From contig JBFMAF010000008.1 in assembly GCA_040755995.1 (NCBI GenBank), positions 1 through 64,000 of the forward strand: a stretch of DNA of 64,000 bases. Direction: 5' to 3'. The position numbers and the translations under genes are program-made. The stretch comes from Acidobacteriota bacterium. GTDB lineage: Bacteria; Acidobacteriota; CAIWXX01. The notes below the pieces were generated by a model, which had not been told where the DNA came from, made no database searches, and was given only the letters and a program-made list of their open reading frames with translations. Numbering within the stretch: position 1 is the first letter of the stretch; every line of letters starts with the position of its first letter. Positions 10,029 through 21,400 of this stretch are shown in pieces.

Positions 10029-12419
10029 ATGCTCAGGAACTACCTGACCGTTTCCTTCCGCAACATCGTCCGGTACAAGGGATACTCGCTGGTCAACATC
10101 CTCGGACTGGCGTCCGCACTGGCGTGCTGTACCTTCATCGCGCTGTACGTTGTCCACGAGCACAGCTACGACCGCTACCACCGCAACTCGGACCGTCTGT
10201 TCCGCGTGACCTTGCGTATCGAGAATAGCGCCGGAGCGACAGGCTATGCGATCAACGTGCCTCCGCTGGCGCCGGCCCTGAAGCGCGAGATACCCGAGGT
10301 GGAGGAGTCGGCGCGGGTCTTCCCCTTTGACCAGACTCGGCTGGTCAGACGCGGCAACGTAGCCTTCTACGAGGAAGGCTTCTGCTACGCAGACCCGGAG
10401 CTGTTATCAGTTCTGACATACGAGTTCGAGGAGGGGAGCTCGCAGACGGCTCTGGTTGGGCCCGAATCCATCGTGATCCCCCGCCGTCTGGCGGAGAAGT
10501 ACTTCCCTCGTGAGAGTGCGCTGGGGAAGAGACTGACGGTCAACGGCAAGGACCGCACTGTCACCGGCGTGGTTCGCGACGCTCCACCGAACACACATCT
10601 GCCGTACGACATGTTCACCCCGATGGCCGATCTCCGAGATCCGCCCTGGATGGCTGACTGGACCTGGCCAGGCATGATCACCTACGTCAGGCTCCGGAGC
10701 GGTGCGGACCGCGATGACGTGGAACAGAAGATGCGGTCGCTGCTTGCTCAGCACTACGTTGGGAATCCCAGGGCAGATGGGCAGAGCTTTCACTTCTTTC
10801 TGCAGCCAATTCGTGACATCTACTTGGACTCCCCCCTGGAGTACGAGTTTGGCCCTTCGGGGAATGCGGCCTATCTGCGATTGTTCACCGCCATTGGAAT
10901 CGCCGTCTTGCTTCTCGCCTGCTTCAATTTCATCAATCTCGCCACCGCACGGGGCGCCCTGCGTATCAAGGAGGTCGGCATCCGCAAGGTGGTAGGCGCC
11001 TCGCGTCGCAAGCTGCTCGGGCAGTTCATGGTCGAAGCCGCTGTGGTCTCGCTGCTGGCCTCGGCCGCCGCATATGGGCTTGTCTTGATGGGCCGGGGCG
11101 TCTTCGCAGACATCTCCGGAATCGTTGTGCCCACGAGTGCGAGCATGTCCATCGGAATCCTGTCAGGCAGCGCCTGCCTGGCGGCCCTGACCGCGCTGCT
11201 GGCCGGCTTCTACCCCGCTCTGGTCCTCTCCTCGAAGCAACCCGGCTCCTTGGGGAGCGGCTCAGAGACGGGGCGGGGAGGCGTCCTGCTCCGGCGTGCT
11301 CTTGTTGTAGGGCAGTTTGCGGCTACCATGGTGATGGGGATTGGAGCGTTGGTGATCAACCAGCAGCTGCAGTTCATGCAGAGGAAGAACCTGGGCTTCC
11401 AAAAGGAACAGAAACTGGTTATCCCCGTGCACCAGAGACTGCCGCGAGAGATGGGCTTCGATGCCATCAGGAGCGCGTTTCTGCGCCAGAGCGGGATCAA
11501 GGCCGTGACGGCCTCGGCAAACGTTCCGGGGCGCGGGGCGGGGAGCCTGCAGACCCGTCCGGCCGGCGAGAGCGATTCGCAGCACAGAATGATGTACTAC
11601 TACTTCTGCGATGAGGAGTTCGTTCCAGCCTACGGCCTCAGGCTGGCGGCCGGGCGGAACTTCGATCCCGCGATGAGCACTGACGCCTCCGACGCGTGCC
11701 TCATCAACGAGAGCGCTGTGGCGGCGTTCGGCTGGAGAGGCGCCAGTGAGGCTATTGGAAAGAGTATCGAGACCGGTCTGGAAGGACGCCTCAAGCACGT
11801 CATCGGCGTTGTCGCTGATTTCCACTATCGCGGGCTGCAGTACGAGATCGAGCCGCTGATCATCGAACTCGATCGGTCGCAATTCGAGTACATCACTCTC
11901 ACGGTTTCCACCGGCAACCTCGATCGCACCCTGGACTCCGTCCGTGCGGCGTGGCAGCAGGTCTTGCCCGGCAGGCCGTTCGACTGGTTCTTCCTCGATG
12001 AGTCCTTTGCGCAGCTTTACCGCTCGGAGGAACGAGTCGGAAAGCTGGTCTCGGTCTTCACCGGTCTGGCGCTGGCCATCACATGCCTGGGGTTGGTGGG
12101 GTTCACTGCGTTCAGCGCGACACGGCGAACCAAGGAGATCGGCATCCGCAAGACACTCGGCGCCGGCGTCCCAAGCGTGCTGTTCCTCTTGCACAGGGAA
12201 ACCTGTCTTTGCTTGCTGCTCGGGAATCTGACCGCATGGCCGGTGGCTTTCTATGCCGCGAGTCACTGGCTGCAGGCCTTCGCCTACCGCACTCCGCTGG
12301 GGGTGGCTCCGTTTGCCCTCGCAGCCATGCTCACGTTTCTCGTGGCGGTCTGCGCCGTCAGCGTTCCATCCGCCCGGGCCGCGCTGGCCAACCCGGTGGA
12401 GAGTCTTCGTCACGAGTAG
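10029..12419 (+). CDS. MacB/FtsX-type duplicated ABC permease, copy 4
   Basis: YSLVNILGLA, RIKEVGIRKVVGA, NPVESLRHE. Confidence 0.93.
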   Translation: MLRNYLTVSFRNIVRYKGYSLVNILGLASALACCTFIALYVVHEHSYDRYHRNSDRLFRVTLRIENSAGATGYAINVPPLAPALKREIPEVEESARVFPFDQTRLVRRGNVAFYEEGFCYADPELLSVLTYEFEEGSSQTALVGPESIVIPRRLAEKYFPRESALGKRLTVNGKDRTVTGVVRDAPPNTHLPYDMFTPMADLRDPPWMADWTWPGMITYVRLRSGADRDDVEQKMRSLLAQHYVGNPRADGQSFHFFLQPIRDIYLDSPLEYEFGPSGNAAYLRLFTAIGIAVLLLACFNFINLATARGALRIKEVGIRKVVGASRRKLLGQFMVEAAVVSLLASAAAYGLVLMGRGVFADISGIVVPTSASMSIGILSGSACLAALTALLAGFYPALVLSSKQPGSLGSGSETGRGGVLLRRALVVGQFAATMVMGIGALVINQQLQFMQRKNLGFQKEQKLVIPVHQRLPREMGFDAIRSAFLRQSGIKAVTASANVPGRGAGSLQTRPAGESDSQHRMMYYYFCDEEFVPAYGLRLAAGRNFDPAMSTDASDACLINESAVAAFGWRGASEAIGKSIETGLEGRLKHVIGVVADFHYRGLQYEIEPLIIELDRSQFEYITLTVSTGNLDRTLDSVRAAWQQVLPGRPFDWFFLDESFAQLYRSEERVGKLVSVFTGLALAITCLGLVGFTAFSATRRTKEIGIRKTLGAGVPSVLFLLHRETCLCLLLGNLTAWPVAFYAASHWLQAFAYRTPLGVAPFALAAMLTFLVAVCAVSVPSARAALANPVESLRHE

Positions 12420-12428
12420 GGGGATCCC

Positions 12429-14771
12429 ATGTGGAGGAATCACGTCGAGACCGCCTGGCGGAACATCCTGCGTCATCGCGGCTTCTCGTTCATCAACATC
12501 TTCGGCCTCGCGCTGGGCATGGCGGTTTGCATTCTGATGCTTCTGTGGGTGCGGGATGAGCTGAGCTTCGACCGCTTCCATACAAAGGCCGACCGGATCT
12601 ACCGCGTGGTTTACGACGATTCCACCGGAGGGCAGGTGACGCAGGGTTGGCGGACCAGCCCCCCGCTGGCTCCGGCCCTGAAGCAGGGATTCCCGGAGGT
12701 TGAAGCCGCAACCGCTCTCACCAGCAGAGACGACACTCTCCTGAAGGTCGGCGACAGGCACTTCAAGGAGCGGGCTCTCTTCGCCGACTCCGATGTGTTC
12801 GACATCTTCACGTTCCGGTTTGTGGCTGGTGATGCGGCAAGGGCTCTCCACGATCCGGACTCCGTCGTGCTCACCCGGACGCTGGCCCACAAGATCTTCG
12901 GCAATGACGATCCTCTGAACAAGGTTGTGAATCTCAACAACATGAGGGATCTCACAGTTTCGGGCGTGGTTGAGGCGTTCCCTCGCAATTCCGAGATCCA
13001 GTCCGATTTCATCTGCCGATTTGCCATCGTGAACGACTTCCTGGGCCTCGACGGCTGGGAGACCAACTGGGGCATCAACGGATTCCACACGTTCGTGCTG
13101 CTGAGCGAGACGGCGGATGTGGACGCCTTCAACGGCAAGATCGCCGGCCTGTACGTGACGCACAAGCCCGAGCTCAAGCTGAGGCTGGAGCTCCAGCCGC
13201 TGGCGCAGATGCATCTCCACTCTCGGGAGGGACCGGACTCGGCCCCCACGCTATATCTCTTCGCGGCGCTCGCCGCCTTTGTCCTCCTGATCGCCTGCGT
13301 CAACTTCATGAACCTGACGACGGCTCGGTCCATGCGACGCGCCCGGGAAGTGGGGATGCGCAGGGCGATCGGCGCCCAGCGTGCCGACCTCGTCGTCCAG
13401 TTCCTGGGCGAATCTCTTCTTGTGAGCTTCGTGGCCCTCCTCGGTGCCCTGGGGCTCGTGGTGGCCTCGCTGCCCCTGTTCAACGAGCTTGCCGGAAAGC
13501 ATTTGCGCCTCGATATCCTGTCGGTCGAAGGAGCGCTCGGGCTTCTCGCCGTCGCTCTTCTCACGGGACTGGGCGCCGGCAGCTACCCGTCCCTCTATCT
13601 GTCGTCGCTCCGCCCGATGTCCACCCTGAAACCCGTGACGACTGGCCGACCGTCCGTCCTCCGGCGCATCCTCGTTGTCGGCCAGTTTTCGCTTTCGGTC
13701 CTGCTCGTCATCGGCACGATCGTGATTGCGAAGCAGATCCGCTACGTGCGGGGGCGCGACGTGGGATTCGCACGCGAGAACCTGGTGTTCCTGCCTCTGA
13801 ATGCCGAGGCCACCGAGAAGTACGACGCGATGAAGGCCGATCTGTCCGGGCATCCGGGTATCGAGGGAGTGACCCAATCGTCTGTGCGCATCGGTACGCA
13901 GACGAATCTCTCCGGCCTCAAGGCGGACTGGGAGGGGAAGGACCCGAATCAGATCGTCCAGTTCCACCTGGTCTCCGTGGACTACGACTTCGTCAAGACA
14001 TTTCAAATGCAGCTTCTCGAAGGGCGCGACTTCTCCCAGACGCACACCGCGGACTGGAACAACGTGATCCTCAACGAGGAAGCGGTGCGGCAGATGGGGA
14101 TCGAGGCGCCCGTGGGGAAGCGGTTTACGGGCCCGGGCTGGCAGGGGACCATTATCGGAGTAGTGGAGGATTTCAACCTTGTTTCGCTTCACGAGGCCAT
14201 TGAACCCGTGATCGTGGTCATGGCGGAGAACTGGAACCGCCACATCGTCGTGCGGGTCAAGCCGGAGGCGATCAGAGATGCCCTCGGGCACATGGAAAGG
14301 GTCTGGAAGGAGTTCGCGCCCAGCTTCCCCTTCGAGTACCACTTCCTCGATCAGGATTTCGAGGATCTGTATCGATCGGAGGAACGAATGGAGGCCGCGT
14401 TCCGTTGCTGCAGCGGCCTGGCGCTGGTCATCTCCTGTCTGGGCCTGCTCGGCCTGGCATCCTACAGTGTGGAACAGCGCACGAAGGAGGTCGGGATCCG
14501 GAAGGTTCTCGGGGCCACGGTATCAGGGATCGTGATGGATATCGGCGGAGAGTTTGTGAAGTGCGTGATCGCCTCGAATGCTCTCGCGGCCCCGCTGGCA
14601 TGGCTGTTCCTTTCGCGCTGGCTGAGAGGCTTCGCCTATCACACGGAGATCGACTGGCGCGCGTTCTCGCAAGCGGCCGTGCTGACGGTCCTGGTGGCCC
14701 TGCTCACGGTGAGCTGGCACACGATCCGCGCCTCGCGCGCGAACCCGGTCGAGGCGCTGCGGCATGAATGA
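12429..14771 (+). CDS. MacB/FtsX-type duplicated ABC permease, copy 5
   Basis: FSFINIFGLALG, RTKEVGIRKVLGA, NPVEALRHE. Confidence 0.93.
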   Translation: MWRNHVETAWRNILRHRGFSFINIFGLALGMAVCILMLLWVRDELSFDRFHTKADRIYRVVYDDSTGGQVTQGWRTSPPLAPALKQGFPEVEAATALTSRDDTLLKVGDRHFKERALFADSDVFDIFTFRFVAGDAARALHDPDSVVLTRTLAHKIFGNDDPLNKVVNLNNMRDLTVSGVVEAFPRNSEIQSDFICRFAIVNDFLGLDGWETNWGINGFHTFVLLSETADVDAFNGKIAGLYVTHKPELKLRLELQPLAQMHLHSREGPDSAPTLYLFAALAAFVLLIACVNFMNLTTARSMRRAREVGMRRAIGAQRADLVVQFLGESLLVSFVALLGALGLVVASLPLFNELAGKHLRLDILSVEGALGLLAVALLTGLGAGSYPSLYLSSLRPMSTLKPVTTGRPSVLRRILVVGQFSLSVLLVIGTIVIAKQIRYVRGRDVGFARENLVFLPLNAEATEKYDAMKADLSGHPGIEGVTQSSVRIGTQTNLSGLKADWEGKDPNQIVQFHLVSVDYDFVKTFQMQLLEGRDFSQTHTADWNNVILNEEAVRQMGIEAPVGKRFTGPGWQGTIIGVVEDFNLVSLHEAIEPVIVVMAENWNRHIVVRVKPEAIRDALGHMERVWKEFAPSFPFEYHFLDQDFEDLYRSEERMEAAFRCCSGLALVISCLGLLGLASYSVEQRTKEVGIRKVLGATVSGIVMDIGGEFVKCVIASNALAAPLAWLFLSRWLRGFAYHTEIDWRAFSQAAVLTVLVALLTVSWHTIRASRANPVEALRHE

Positions 14772-14784
14772 AGGGAGTCTCGCA

Positions 14785-17193
14785 ATGCTGAGCAACTATC
14801 TCAAGATCGCCTGGCGGAACACCCTGCGTGACAGGGGATACAGCCTCATCAACATCATCGGCCTCGCTCTGGGCATGGCCGCCTGCGGGCTGGTGTTCCT
14901 CTATGTCCGCGAGGAGATCCGCTTTGACCACTTCCACGAGCGAGCCGGGCGAATCTACCGCGTGGCGATGACGTGCACGACCCGGGAAGATACGAGGCAG
15001 CGCGCAGAGACGCAGTTTCCGCTGGTTCACGCACTGCGGGCTGACTATCCGGAGGTCGAGAGGGCGACGCGCCTCTTCTTCCCGGGAACGAGCCTGATCG
15101 AAGCCGGCGGGCAGAGCTTCAACGAGGAGAGCATCGTATTCACCGATTCTGACCTTTTCCGGATCTTCTCATTTCCCGTCCTGCGCGGGCGGACGAGCGA
15201 TCTCCTGGCCGAACCGGACTCGATCGTCCTGACGGAGACGGCCGCCCGGAAGTACTTCCCCGACGGCGACGCCGTTGGGAAGATGGTACGGTTCGACGAG
15301 AGGTTTGTGTTCCGCGTCACTGCCGTGATCAAGGACGTGCCGCGCCTGTCGCATTTCCACTTCGACTTCGCCGCCCCGTTCGCCGCCCTGGACAAGGACT
15401 TCTTTGGAGGATTCACACCGGACACTGTATGGGGCGGCGTCATGAGCAACTACACCTACTGCCTGCTCGTCGATGGCTCTCAGGCCGCCAGCCTCGAAGC
15501 CACACTGAGAGATGTCGTCGCGAATCACCTGCGGAGCAAGGATCCTGGTGTTCTATGGAGTGCGTTTCTGCAGCCGCTCGCATCCCTCCACCTCCACTCT
15601 CATCTGGAAGGCGAGCGTGAGCCCCCCGGTTCCCCTGCCGCCCTCGCTGCGCTCGCCCTGATCGGCGCCTTCATTCTGCTGATCGCGGTGATCAATTTCG
15701 TCAACCTGACCACCGTGCGCGCCGTGCGCCGCCACCGCGAGATCGGGCTCCGCAAGGTCATCGGTGCACGCCGGGAGCAGCTGCTCGCCCAGTTCATGGG
15801 TGAAGCACTCTGCGTGTCTGCGGCGGCCCTGGTGCTGTCGGCGGCTGTCATCGCCGCTGCGCTTCCCGGCTTCTCCGAGCTCGTTGGGCGCCCCGTGGCT
15901 GCCTGGTCAGAACGTCCGTTGGAGCTGGCTGGGTTCCTGATCGTATTGACGCTGCTCGTCGGACTGCTCGCGGGATCCTACCCGGCCTTCTTGCTGGCCG
16001 GACGTTCTCCCACCTCGGCCTTGAAGCGCCAGCTGGCCGGCTCGGCAGGACCTATGCATGGCGGGCTCCTGCGGCGGACCCTGGTCGTGGCCCAGTTCGG
16101 TATCGCTGCAACGCTCATCATCTGCACGCTCGTCGTGCACCGGCAGCTTCAGTACTTCGGGACGGCGCCGATGGGATTCAACCGTGAGGCGGTTGTCAGC
16201 ATCGCGGTGCGCGACCAAGCGCTGGCTCCGCGGCTCGAAACGTTGAAAGCGGAGCTCCTCAAGCTATCCGGCGTGCAGGCCGCCTCCGCCTGCCTGAGGC
16301 CACCGATCAGCAACGGCGGCGTGGTGACCGGTCTCTACAGGGGCGAGGGCGAAAGCGATCGGATCGATGTCACGATGAACTTCATCGATTGCAGCTTCGT
16401 CGATCAGTTCGGCATCCGCCTGCTCTGCGGACGGAACGTGCAGCCGCTGCCGGATCCGGACGCGGATCTCGATCTGCTGCTCAATGAGACATGCGTGCGG
16501 CGCATGGGTCTCTCGAGGCCCCAGGAGGCGCTGGGGCGGAAGTTGAGGACCGGGGTCCGCCGTCGCAGCGGCACGGTCGTCGGAGTGATGGCGGACTTCC
16601 ACTCCCGATCTCTCAAGGAGGGCATGGCATCGGTCGTCATGGCTCACTGGCCCCATTTCTTCTCGAGAATGGCCGTAACGCTTCGCCCCGAGTCCATCCG
16701 CAGCACGATGGGGGAGATTGAACACATCTGGCGTTCGTTCAGCTCATACCCTTTCGAGGCCACCTTCCTGGACGACGACATCAGGGACATGTACACGGAG
16801 GAGCAGAAGACTCTGAGCATAGCCGGCACGTTCGCGGGGTTGGCCATTGGGCTGGCCTGCCTGGGATTGCTGGGGCTCGCCGCGTACACGACGCAGCAGC
16901 GCACGAAGGAGATCGGTGTGCGCAAGGTGCTGGGGGCGTCGGTGGGCAGCATCATCCGCATGCTCTACGGGGACCTCGGCCGCTGCATCCTCATCGCGCT
17001 GATGATCGCGACGCCGACTGCATGCTTCGTCATGAGCCGATGGCTGCGCGACTTCCCGTATCATGCCGGCATCGGGGCTGCGCCCATCCTGTGCGCCTGC
17101 CTGGCGGTAGCCATGATCGCGATGAGCACTGTCGGGGTCCTGTCCGTGCGAGCGGCGTGCGCGAACCCGGTGGATGCGCTGCGACACGAATGA
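14785..17193 (+). CDS. MacB/FtsX-type duplicated ABC permease, copy 6
   Basis: Start set at MLSNYLKIAWRN after a GGAG RBS; RTKEIGVRKVLGA, NPVDALRHE. Confidence 0.92.
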   Translation: MLSNYLKIAWRNTLRDRGYSLINIIGLALGMAACGLVFLYVREEIRFDHFHERAGRIYRVAMTCTTREDTRQRAETQFPLVHALRADYPEVERATRLFFPGTSLIEAGGQSFNEESIVFTDSDLFRIFSFPVLRGRTSDLLAEPDSIVLTETAARKYFPDGDAVGKMVRFDERFVFRVTAVIKDVPRLSHFHFDFAAPFAALDKDFFGGFTPDTVWGGVMSNYTYCLLVDGSQAASLEATLRDVVANHLRSKDPGVLWSAFLQPLASLHLHSHLEGEREPPGSPAALAALALIGAFILLIAVINFVNLTTVRAVRRHREIGLRKVIGARREQLLAQFMGEALCVSAAALVLSAAVIAAALPGFSELVGRPVAAWSERPLELAGFLIVLTLLVGLLAGSYPAFLLAGRSPTSALKRQLAGSAGPMHGGLLRRTLVVAQFGIAATLIICTLVVHRQLQYFGTAPMGFNREAVVSIAVRDQALAPRLETLKAELLKLSGVQAASACLRPPISNGGVVTGLYRGEGESDRIDVTMNFIDCSFVDQFGIRLLCGRNVQPLPDPDADLDLLLNETCVRRMGLSRPQEALGRKLRTGVRRRSGTVVGVMADFHSRSLKEGMASVVMAHWPHFFSRMAVTLRPESIRSTMGEIEHIWRSFSSYPFEATFLDDDIRDMYTEEQKTLSIAGTFAGLAIGLACLGLLGLAAYTTQQRTKEIGVRKVLGASVGSIIRMLYGDLGRCILIALMIATPTACFVMSRWLRDFPYHAGIGAAPILCACLAVAMIAMSTVGVLSVRAACANPVDALRHE

Positions 17194-17206
17194 GAGGAGT
17201 CGAGCC

Positions 17207-18875
17207 GTGTGGAAGAGCCATGTAAGAATCGCCTGGCGCAATCTTGTTCGCTACAAGGGGTACTCGGCCATCAACATCGTGGGACTCGCCTCGGGCATGG
17301 CCTGCTGCATTCTGATCGGGCTCTGGATACTCGACGAGTTCAGCTACGATCGGTTTCACAAGAACGCCGCCTCCATTTGCAGGGTCGAATCGGACCAGAA
17401 TTTCCGTGGCAGGATCCTCCACATCTACTGGACCCCGCACCCCCTCGGACCGGCGCTTCAGTCAGAGATCCCGCAGATCGTGGATTCGGTGCGCGTGTTT
17501 AACCTCGATCAACAGCTTGTGCGCTACAGAGAGAAGACCTTCGACCAGATCGAGGCCTCTTCGGTGGACCCCTCCTTTCTGAAGATGTTCTCTTTCCCGC
17601 TGGTCCGGGGCGAGGCGAAGAGCGCCCTCGCGGGGACCAGATCGGTGGTACTGACACAGAAGACGGCACAGTTGATATTCGGCGCCGAAGATCCCATCGG
17701 CAAGGTCATCAACGCCACGGACGAAGTGGACTTCACGGTGACCGGGGTGCTCGAGAACGTGCCGAGGAACTCGACCCTGCAGTTCGACATGTTGATTCCG
17801 TACAAGGCGATCGAGGCCGCTGGCCACATTGACGACAGCTTCACCAACAACCAGACCTACACGTTCGTTCAGCTGGCCCCGCAGGCGGATGCCGCCGGTG
17901 TGAGCTCCATCATTCGGAACTTCATTCCAAGGCGGGTGCCTGAGAGCGGCATCCAGTTGGAGTTGATGCCGCTCTCCAGAGTTCATCTCCATGGCTACTC
18001 AGGCTATGTCAAGAGTCCCCTGATCCGGTACGTCTACATGTTCGCCTTCGTGTCGGCGCTGGTCCTTCTCGTCGCCTGCATCAACTTCATGAATCTCTCG
18101 ACGGCCCGGTCAGCCAACCGCGCGAAGGAGATCGCCTTGAGGAAGGTCGTAGGTGCCGATCGCATGCACCTCGTGCTGCAGTTCCTCGGCGAGTCTGTGC
18201 TCTACGCCGTCATCGCCCTGTTTTTTGCCGTGGGCGCCGTGAGTCTCATCCTCCCGGCGGTCGGCGACCTCTTCGAAAAGGAGATGTCCTGGAGCTCGGC
18301 AGGCGCCGGCATCCTCGTGCTGGGGCTGGCGGGTATTGCGGTCCTGACGGGGCTTCTGTCGGGAAGCTACCCCGCCCTTCTGCTCACCTCTTTCCGTCCC
18401 GCCGAGACGATGAAAGGTCAGTTGAGGAGGGGGGCGTCCGGATCGCTCTTCCGGAGAATCCTCGTCGTGAGCCAGTTCAGCATGTCGGTGGCCCTGATCA
18501 TCGCGAGCGGGGTTGTGTCGAAGCAGGTCTCGTTCATGAAGAGCACCGACATGGGGTGGGACCGGGAGCAGGTTCTGGCGGTGCCCCTGCAGGACTACAA
18601 TCCGGAAGGTTCTGGGAGCATCGGTCTCCGAGATCGCCGTGGACTTCTGCAGGGAGATCACGAGGTGCGTGGTGCTGGGCAACGTCATAGCGGCTCCACT
18701 CGCCTACCTGGCCATGTCACACTGGTTGGAGAGCTTCGCGTATCGCACGGGAATCGGTTGGACCATGTTTGGGCGGACCGCCGTCTTGACGGTGGCGGGG
18801 GCCCTGTTCACTGTGAGCTGGCACTCTATCCGCGCCGCTCGCGCCAATCCGGTGGAGAGCCTCCGGTATGAGTAA
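17207..18875 (+). pseudogene. MacB/FtsX-type permease copy 7 with internal deletion and frameshift
   Basis: GTG start (VWKSHVRIAWRN). Permease sequence ends at ...VPLQDY (~18599), then resumes in another frame at 18600 as IRKVLGASVSEI...NPVESLRYE. The second periplasmic domain is missing. Confidence 0.88.
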
Positions 18876-19001
18876 GAACAGATCCGGCGCTTGTCGCCGA
18901 GCGCGGCGTACGAGCGGACCGAAGGACGAGGGCACGGATCGGTGCCGGCTCGCCGCCGAGACTCCTCTGGACATCGCTGGAATACATCCAGGAGTAGCAT
19001 C

Positions 19002-21389
19002 ATGTTCAAGAACAACCTGACCATCGCGCTGCGACACATTGGTCGTCACAAGGGCTATTCCTTCGTCAACATCGCCGGCCTCGCGGTCGGCATGGCGAGC
19101 ACGATCCTGATCCTCCTCTGGGTCCAGGATGAGCTCAGCTACGACCGGTTTCACGAGAAGGCGGACCGGATCTACCGGGTGGTTCTCAATACCTCCGATG
19201 ACGGAGCCGGATCGCCAACCAATGCGAACGGCCCCTTCGGCCTGGGACCGGCCTTGAAGAGGGACTTCCCGGAGGTCGTCGAAGCGGTGCGCATCCGCAA
19301 GATGGAACAGAGTGCGAAGAGATACGTGGGATGTGGAAACAAGAAGTTCTATGAATCCAGGTTCTTCTTTGCCGAACCCTCGATCTTCGCGGTCTTTGAT
19401 TTCCCGCTGGTCCGAGGTGATTCCGCCACGGCTCTCGATGCCCCCAACTCCATCGTTCTGACCGAAGACATGGCGAAGAAATACTTCCCGAACGAGGATC
19501 CCATGGGCAGGACGATTGAGGCCGATCCGTATAACGACGGGCAGCTCATGCTCTTTAGAGTGACCGGCATTGCGGGAAACGTTCCGCGCCAGTCACACGT
19601 CCATTTTGATTTTCTCGCCTCCTACAGCAGCCAGCGAGACGACACTAACGAGTTCTCCGGGATCTATCAGCACTACACATATGTTCTCCTGGACAGCCCG
19701 TCGTCAGCCGCATCCTTGGAGCCCAAACTGCTGGATTTCCTCCATAGAAACTGGCGAGAGGATCCGTGGTACACGATCAGCCTCCAGCCTCTACTGGACA
19801 TCCACCTCCACTCCGCGCTCAGATCAGAAGTCGAACCCACCGGCAGCATACTCTACATCTATGCCTTCACCGCGATCGCCCTGCTGGTGCTGGTGATCGC
19901 CTGCATCAACTCCATCAACTTGAGCACGGCGCGCGCGAGCAAGAGGGCGAGGGAGGTAGGAATTCGAAAGGCCGTTGGAGCCCCCAGGAGCCAGCTGGTC
20001 CGGCAGTTTCTCGGAGAGTCTCTGTCATTCAGCGTCGCAGCGGCCTTGGCCGCGGCTCTTCTCGTCGTGCTCACCCTTCCCTTCTTTGACAGGCTTGCCG
20101 GCAAGGACTTCGACTACTCCTCCCTCATCAATCCCTCGTTTTTGATCGGCACCGCAGCCATCGCCCTCGCCGTCGGGATCACATCGGGCATCTATCCGGC
20201 ATTCGTGCTGTCCGCGTTCCAACCGGTCCAGTCCCTCAAGTCCAGAGTCGCGCCTTTCGTCTCGGGAATGGCGCTGCGCAAGGGACTGGTGGTCTTTCAG
20301 TTCGCCATGTCCATCGGGATCATCTGTGCCACCCTCATCGTTCACAAACAGATGAGATACATCCAGTCCCGGAATCTTGGATATGACAAGGACCAGATCA
20401 TGGTGATTCCGTTGAACCCTGAGCTGCGGCTTAAATACGAAGGCTTGAGGAACGAGCTCCTCAAGAATCCCGGAATCGAGAATGCCACGACATCGCAGTA
20501 TGTCCCGGCGGGAGGGAGCGCCCATCTCAACATGCGTTTCGAAGGCAAGGGCGAAGAAATCGGCCAGGTCATCTACGCAGTCGACCGCGAGTTCGTGAAA
20601 ACCTATGGACTCACACTTCTGGCGGGCAACGGCATCGAACGCCCGATCTCAACCGATGAACCTTCGGAGTTCCTGGTCAGCGAAAGGACGACGCGCGAGG
20701 CGGGCTACTCCTCACCTCAGGAGGCCATTGGCAAGAGCGCGGCTCTCGATGACTACAGAGGGCAGATTGTAGGCGTCGTCAATGACATCAACATCTACTC
20801 TCTTCGTCAGGAACCGTACGCGACTTGCTACGCTATCACCTCGATACGAGGTCACAACTACCTGTCCGTGCGATTGCGCGCATCTAACGTACCGGAGACC
20901 ATTTCATACATCCGGCAGGTGTGGCAGAGGATGATCCCGTCGTACCCTTTGGACTACTCCTTTCTCGACGCGAGTTTTGAACAGCTGCATCGATCGGATC
21001 AGAAGCTGAGCGACGTCTTCTCGGTCTTCTCCATTCTGGCGATCCTCGTGGCCTGCCTGGGCCTCTTCGGGCTGGCCGCCTACACGGCCGAGCAGAAGAC
21101 GAAGGAGATCGCCGTCAGGAAGATACTGGGAGCATCGGTGTCTGGCATCTGCTTGTCACTGTCTCAGGAATTCCTCCAATGGGTGGCGCTGGCCAACATC
21201 ATCGCCTTGCCCCTTGCCTACTTTGGCATGCACAGATGGTTGCTGGACTTCGCCTACAAGACATCGGTCGGACCGGGTATTCTCGTATTGTCCGGACTGC
21301 TGGCGCTGCTCATCGCCTGGCTGACCGTCGGCTATCAGGCGATTCGAGCGGCTCGGGCAAACCCAGTGGCGAGCCTCCGCTACGAGTGA
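19002..21389 (+). CDS. MacB/FtsX-type duplicated ABC permease, copy 8
   Basis: AGGAG RBS then MFKNNLTIALRH; RAREVGIRKAVGA, NPVASLRYE. Confidence 0.92.
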   Translation: MFKNNLTIALRHIGRHKGYSFVNIAGLAVGMASTILILLWVQDELSYDRFHEKADRIYRVVLNTSDDGAGSPTNANGPFGLGPALKRDFPEVVEAVRIRKMEQSAKRYVGCGNKKFYESRFFFAEPSIFAVFDFPLVRGDSATALDAPNSIVLTEDMAKKYFPNEDPMGRTIEADPYNDGQLMLFRVTGIAGNVPRQSHVHFDFLASYSSQRDDTNEFSGIYQHYTYVLLDSPSSAASLEPKLLDFLHRNWREDPWYTISLQPLLDIHLHSALRSEVEPTGSILYIYAFTAIALLVLVIACINSINLSTARASKRAREVGIRKAVGAPRSQLVRQFLGESLSFSVAAALAAALLVVLTLPFFDRLAGKDFDYSSLINPSFLIGTAAIALAVGITSGIYPAFVLSAFQPVQSLKSRVAPFVSGMALRKGLVVFQFAMSIGIICATLIVHKQMRYIQSRNLGYDKDQIMVIPLNPELRLKYEGLRNELLKNPGIENATTSQYVPAGGSAHLNMRFEGKGEEIGQVIYAVDREFVKTYGLTLLAGNGIERPISTDEPSEFLVSERTTREAGYSSPQEAIGKSAALDDYRGQIVGVVNDINIYSLRQEPYATCYAITSIRGHNYLSVRLRASNVPETISYIRQVWQRMIPSYPLDYSFLDASFEQLHRSDQKLSDVFSVFSILAILVACLGLFGLAAYTAEQKTKEIAVRKILGASVSGICLSLSQEFLQWVALANIIALPLAYFGMHRWLLDFAYKTSVGPGILVLSGLLALLIAWLTVGYQAIRAARANPVASLRYE

Positions 21390-21400
21390 GAGAGGCCATC

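Noticed and set aside
11262..13220. Long antisense ORFs (this 652-aa one and many similar)
   Set aside because: They shadow well-supported genes on the opposite strand, as expected in high-GC DNA, and carry no recognisable motifs.
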